Shown piece by piece: positions 58,345 through 64,000 of a DNA stretch of 64,000 nucleotides. The translations under genes and the position numbers were made by a program. How positions within the stretch are numbered: position 1 is the stretch's first letter; every line of letters starts with the position of its first letter. This DNA is from Octopus vulgaris (taxonomy: Eukaryota), in assembly GCA_951406725.2 (NCBI GenBank), contig OX597816.1, forward strand, positions 73,098,001-73,162,000. Reading direction: 5' to 3'. The notes under the pieces were generated by a model. That model saw nothing but the letters and a program-made list of their open reading frames with translations, was not told the DNA's origin and did not search any database.

Positions 58345-58495
<151 letters not shown>

Positions 58496-58543
58496 TCCTC
58501 TTTCTGTGTAACATTCATTTCATACATACATACATACATACAT

Positions 58544-58608
<65 letters not shown>

Positions 58609-59203
58609 TCATGATAGAAACACCGTCATATCAAACATTTATAGTTATAGAAATACATTCATGCGTACACACGCCTAAAATATACACATATGTAAACACA
58701 TATACTTACACATACATACATAACTACATACATGCTTATCTACATGCATACATACATGCAATACCCACGTGACACAAAGACCGAAAACGAAAATCTAAGC
58801 ATTCATGTATTATTCTCCACCAGCTATCTCACCGATACCCCGGCTTCTCTTAAAAACAGCAAATACAGTATTTTTTTAGTTGAGCTCCTTGTAAAACACT
58901 TTTGTTAAAACCGCCACATACACGCATACACAAGGAGACTTTACCACTTACACACCACACACTCACACACACACACGCAGGTACACACACGAACGCAGAG
59001 GTATACAAGCACATACACAGATGTAAATATCATACAAACATACACTCTTTAATTCCGTGATTAATTTCAAATCTCCATTGTAACTGGATCACAGTCAGCA
59101 AATAATCTTTACCAGTGATCATAGCCATGAATGCTTGCCTATATGTAAGGACACGTTTTAATATGTATTTATAGAAGCAGTGGCGTGGAGGTTGTCATAT
59201 ACA

Positions 59204-59248
<45 letters not shown>

Positions 59249-59299
59249 ACACACATATATATATATATATACACACATATAAGTATACGGCAATATTAT

Positions 59300-59348
<49 letters not shown>

Positions 59349-59431
59349 GTTTGTATGTATATATATATATAGATATATATATATATATATATTCATATGT
59401 ATATATGTGTGTATATATATATATATATAAA

Positions 59432-59486
<55 letters not shown>

Positions 59487-59679
59487 ATGTGTGCGTGTAT
59501 ACTTGCATGTATGTATGAATGTATGTATGTACATACGTATAGAATGTCGTTTGTTACCTTTGAAATGTAATACAGGTAAAAACTATGGTTGTAGAAGTTG
59601 GCGCTCAGTTTCTCTGTCTACTCGCCCGCCGTAGATTCAGTGATTATTATGTTCATATCAATGCATGTGTGTATATATG

Positions 59680-59738
<59 letters not shown>

Positions 59739-59869
59739 ATATATATACATACATACATATAACATATATGTATATATATATATTTATTTATATACATATA
59801 TATGTATATGTACTGTATCAAAGCAAACTCTACACACCATTCAGCGCACATATTTTCAACTATTTCCAT

Positions 59870-60095
59870 CAACGTTGTCAACGCCAAAAATAACTAGCAT
59901 CCCAATGGACAAGGAAGACTTTTGGACATGCTAAAAATAGAAGCCAAGTCTCTCCTCAAATGACACCCATGCGATTTTGTATAAGTAAAAGAACACTTTC
60001 GATAATGTGAATCTCTCTTGAAAAATAAGAGGGTTTGTTCATGTTTGGAATGCCTTTAATCACAATTTTGCTTTATCAGGACCCATTTGCCTTAT
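59870..60095 (+). mobile_element. Degenerate family D repeat
   Basis: ctaaaaatagaagccaagtctc...tggaatgcctttaatcac. Confidence 0.5.
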
Positions 60096-60267
60096 GAGCA
60101 CCGAATGCCGAAGACTCTAAAATGGGAGAAAACTTACGTTCAAATCATATAATAAGGTAAACAATAAATAAACAATCGTAGATAAATTAACAATTATAAA
60201 AGTACATTGAGTGGAGGGCCATGGTAGGAATAACTCTAAAATTTTGTTTTGTATTTATAGCAATATA

Positions 60268-60512
60268 CCGGCGAGGAAGCAGAGTCATTACCGTGTTGGA
60301 GAAAATAATTCGCGGCATTTCTTTCGGCTGTTTACGTTCTGAGTTTAAATGCCTCCGAGGTCGAATTTGCCTTTCATTATTTTTCTGGTTCGATAACAGA
60401 AGTACCAATTAAGTTCTGGAGATCGATAAAATAAGTACCAGGCAATTACTGAGGTCGTAGTAATCGATGCCCAACGATTTACAACTACTGGCCTCGTACC
60501 AAATTTAGAAAG
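60268..60512 (+). mobile_element. Diverged SINE family B
   Basis: ggcgaggaagcagagtc...ttacgttctgagtttaaatgcctccgaggtcgaatttgcctttcat. Confidence 0.7.
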
Positions 60513-60995
60513 AACTCTATACATAAACTCGATTGTTGATGTCACGTTCAACTGGCCATGTTTTCCGTCCATGATAACAGAACTCATAACACGATTCTCG
60601 TATCACAAACTACCCTGACTCGAAGCAGAATAAATTTGAGGATACATTCTCGGAATTTAAGTTCTGCGGTCATAATGTCGACATGATCAAAGGTTGATAA
60701 ATAACTAGGATAATAAAAATTCATACTACATCACTTTCATCTAAAGCCGAAATCGAGAAATTTCAATGGATCTCGAAAGGAGAGAGATGTGTGTGTTTGT
60801 GTGTGAGTGTGAGTGTGTGTGTGTGTGAATGTGTGTGTGAGTGTGTGTGTGTGTACGTGCGCATATATATGAATGAGGAAGTGAGCACACACACACACAA
60901 ATACATATATATATACGTATGTATGTGTGTGTGTGTGTGTATATTATGTATACACTAATATGTACATGTATATAACATCTATAAAAACATGTTTT

Positions 60996-61043
<48 letters not shown>

Positions 61044-61547
61044 AATATATATAAATATATACATATACATACAAATATATATAAATATATACATATACAT
61101 ATATATATGTAAATGCTATACCCACTCTATATATATATGCACGTGTGTGTACGTGTTTGTGTGTACATATATATATGTACATATATACATATATATTTAT
61201 ATATGGATACATACACACACACATACAAACATACATGCATATATACATAGGCATAGTTGCTTAATACGTAAATTTTAAGAGGAGTTGACAGTTTACTCTG
61301 AATTTCGCCCTAGGATTTTTCTCATAATTTTGAGCACTACCAAAGGGTGAAACTCAGAGTACTCTAAGCAAAGTTTGATACAGAAAATATATCCATCACC
61401 TCGTCCCAGTTTACAGAGTTCTATTTCAGATATTTTGATAGAATTTATTATAGCACTTCTTACATCACGATATACACAACGATCTAAGTATTGATGACTG
61501 TGTATGTATAGCTTTATTTTTAAAATATACATATATATATATATATG

Positions 61548-61617
<70 letters not shown>

Positions 61618-61779
61618 TACATAGATAGGTATATATATATTTGTGTATATATGTATATATATATATATACACATAAATATAAATATATATATATATAATA
61701 TATATACATACATAGAAACACGTATAAGTTTCTAGGTATCTCTTCCACATCAGGTTCTCTCTCACTCTCAGCCTCTCTT

Positions 61780-61817
<38 letters not shown>

Positions 61818-61826
61818 CCTATATAT

Positions 61827-61904
<78 letters not shown>

Positions 61905-61909
61905 GTATG

Positions 61910-61945
<36 letters not shown>

Positions 61946-62151
61946 CATATATAAATATCCAAATATATGATGTATTAATATCTATAGTGCATATATACAT
62001 GTAGAATGTATCATGTCTATATTTATATTATAGAATATATATTATAGAAGATATAATTATTTCAATATTCACTAAATATTTTCTCAGTATATTTGTAATA
62101 CAGTACTATCATACACTGAGATAAATACACTATCTAAGATGTTTGTGGAAT

Positions 62152-62208
<57 letters not shown>

Positions 62209-62460
62209 CAGAGAGAGAGCAACAAGAAATTGGAGGGGATCAATAGGTGGTATTCATTTTTATCCCTGTATGTTATATATTTTAATAATTCCAGTTATCT
62301 TTCTATATTATATTTATGAAGCATATGTTATACATGTATGTATATTGTAGTAATTGTCATTTTAGCAAATAAATAAATATATTGACATAATATAATGTCT
62401 AAAAGTTGATGAATATCGCCTATTTATCCACTCTAGTTTCTTATTGCACTATAAATGAAT

Positions 62461-62517
<57 letters not shown>

Positions 62518-62581
62518 TTATTTATATATAAGTTTGTGTGTGTATGTATATATATACATATATATATACATATATATATAT

Positions 62582-62622
<41 letters not shown>

Positions 62623-62828
62623 TATATACACGTATAAGCGGAACGTCTGAGGGGTGATACTGTCTTATATAACTGGTACACGCTTTGGCTTTCGGCGTAT
62701 GCACATGTTGTTTTGAACGGTGTGAATATGACACCCTTAAACCTTCTTTTCTCACCAAAACCAGATAACTCTTTCATAGTAGGTTAACGCAACCTTTGTG
62801 ATAAATCCAAAGATATCTATCAGTGAAA

Positions 62829-62865
<37 letters not shown>

Positions 62866-62985
62866 CTGTATATATATATATACATGCGATTTTTCTGAAT
62901 TTACAGATTTTTCTATATGCTAGGCTACTGGTTTTAAATTGATGTTAATTAAATTTATATTAAATTTATCACCCTCATTATTTAT

Positions 62986-63023
<38 letters not shown>

Positions 63024-63197
63024 TATAATGAGATAAAAATCCAAGGGTGTGAAAGATTTTATCACACATTTATAACAGAGAAAATTTATATTTATATTGA
63101 TATTTGTATATACACGAAAACAGACGCTATACCGTCACTGCTGTATATATGTGCGTATATATGAATATTTTATATATATATATAATATATATATATA

Positions 63198-63256
<59 letters not shown>

Positions 63257-63726
63257 CAATAGATGACTATTTATATTTATACCTTATTGTATATAGAATA
63301 ATACGTAAACAATAATATATGGTTTTGTTTTGGAATAATGATTCTCGAAGCGCATGACCTATAGCTACAAAGAATAGTATATAAATATTGGGCTGAAAAA
63401 GAGGAAAGAATCCGGATTCTCATTGGGCACGTCCCTATTTCGCCTGTACAAATTGCAGCCGTTCGAACCTTGGTCTGAGCAATAGAGCAAATGTCTTTAT
63501 CCATTTTAGAAATTATTCTTACGAGCGAGAATTTTATGTTGTGACCAAAACTACATACATACATACATACACACACACAAAAAAATACACAAATGCACAG
63601 ACTCATTAAGAAGAAGAAGAAAAAAAAATGAAATATATTTGCAATTAAAAATGAAATACATGACACTCTGGGAACTAATCAGAGAGTGGGAATGTGGTAA
63701 TTAGAATGTTTCGGTGAAAATTGTTT

Positions 63727-63803
<77 letters not shown>

Positions 63804-63820
63804 TATATGTTTATATATGC

Positions 63821-63895
<75 letters not shown>

Positions 63896-64000
63896 AATAC
63901 ATATATACATGTATGTATATACAAACACATATATGTATATGTAAACACATATATATGCAAATATATATACCTGCATATATGTCTATATATGCATTTATAC

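Overview
Non-coding, AT-rich eukaryotic DNA, most likely from an octopus or related cephalopod. This is inferred from the extreme density of (TA)n, (TATC)n, (TACA)n, (CA)n and (ATT)n microsatellites and the repeat families present. No intact protein-coding gene is supported: nearly all ORFs in the track are translations of microsatellites or SINEs. The window holds many copies of several tRNA-derived SINE families, 3' fragments of CR1-like and RTE LINEs, hAT and Tc1/mariner-like MITE remnants, and an (AAT)n-inserted element. The most notable signal is a set of short, ORF-less elements sitting in or beside (TA)n tracts. They are built as fold-backs or partial tandems and carry type I hammerhead-ribozyme (HHR) motifs, most with a tiny palindromic helix III, the signature of Penelope-like elements (PLEs) and retrozymes. 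About ten such motifs occur, in at least six sequence families. One has a canonical core next to a perfect 200-bp inverted repeat (25465-26026), and two families show non-canonical cores in both of their copies (CUGUAGA, CCGACGA). All folds and alignments were done by eye; activity and family names need computational or experimental confirmation.
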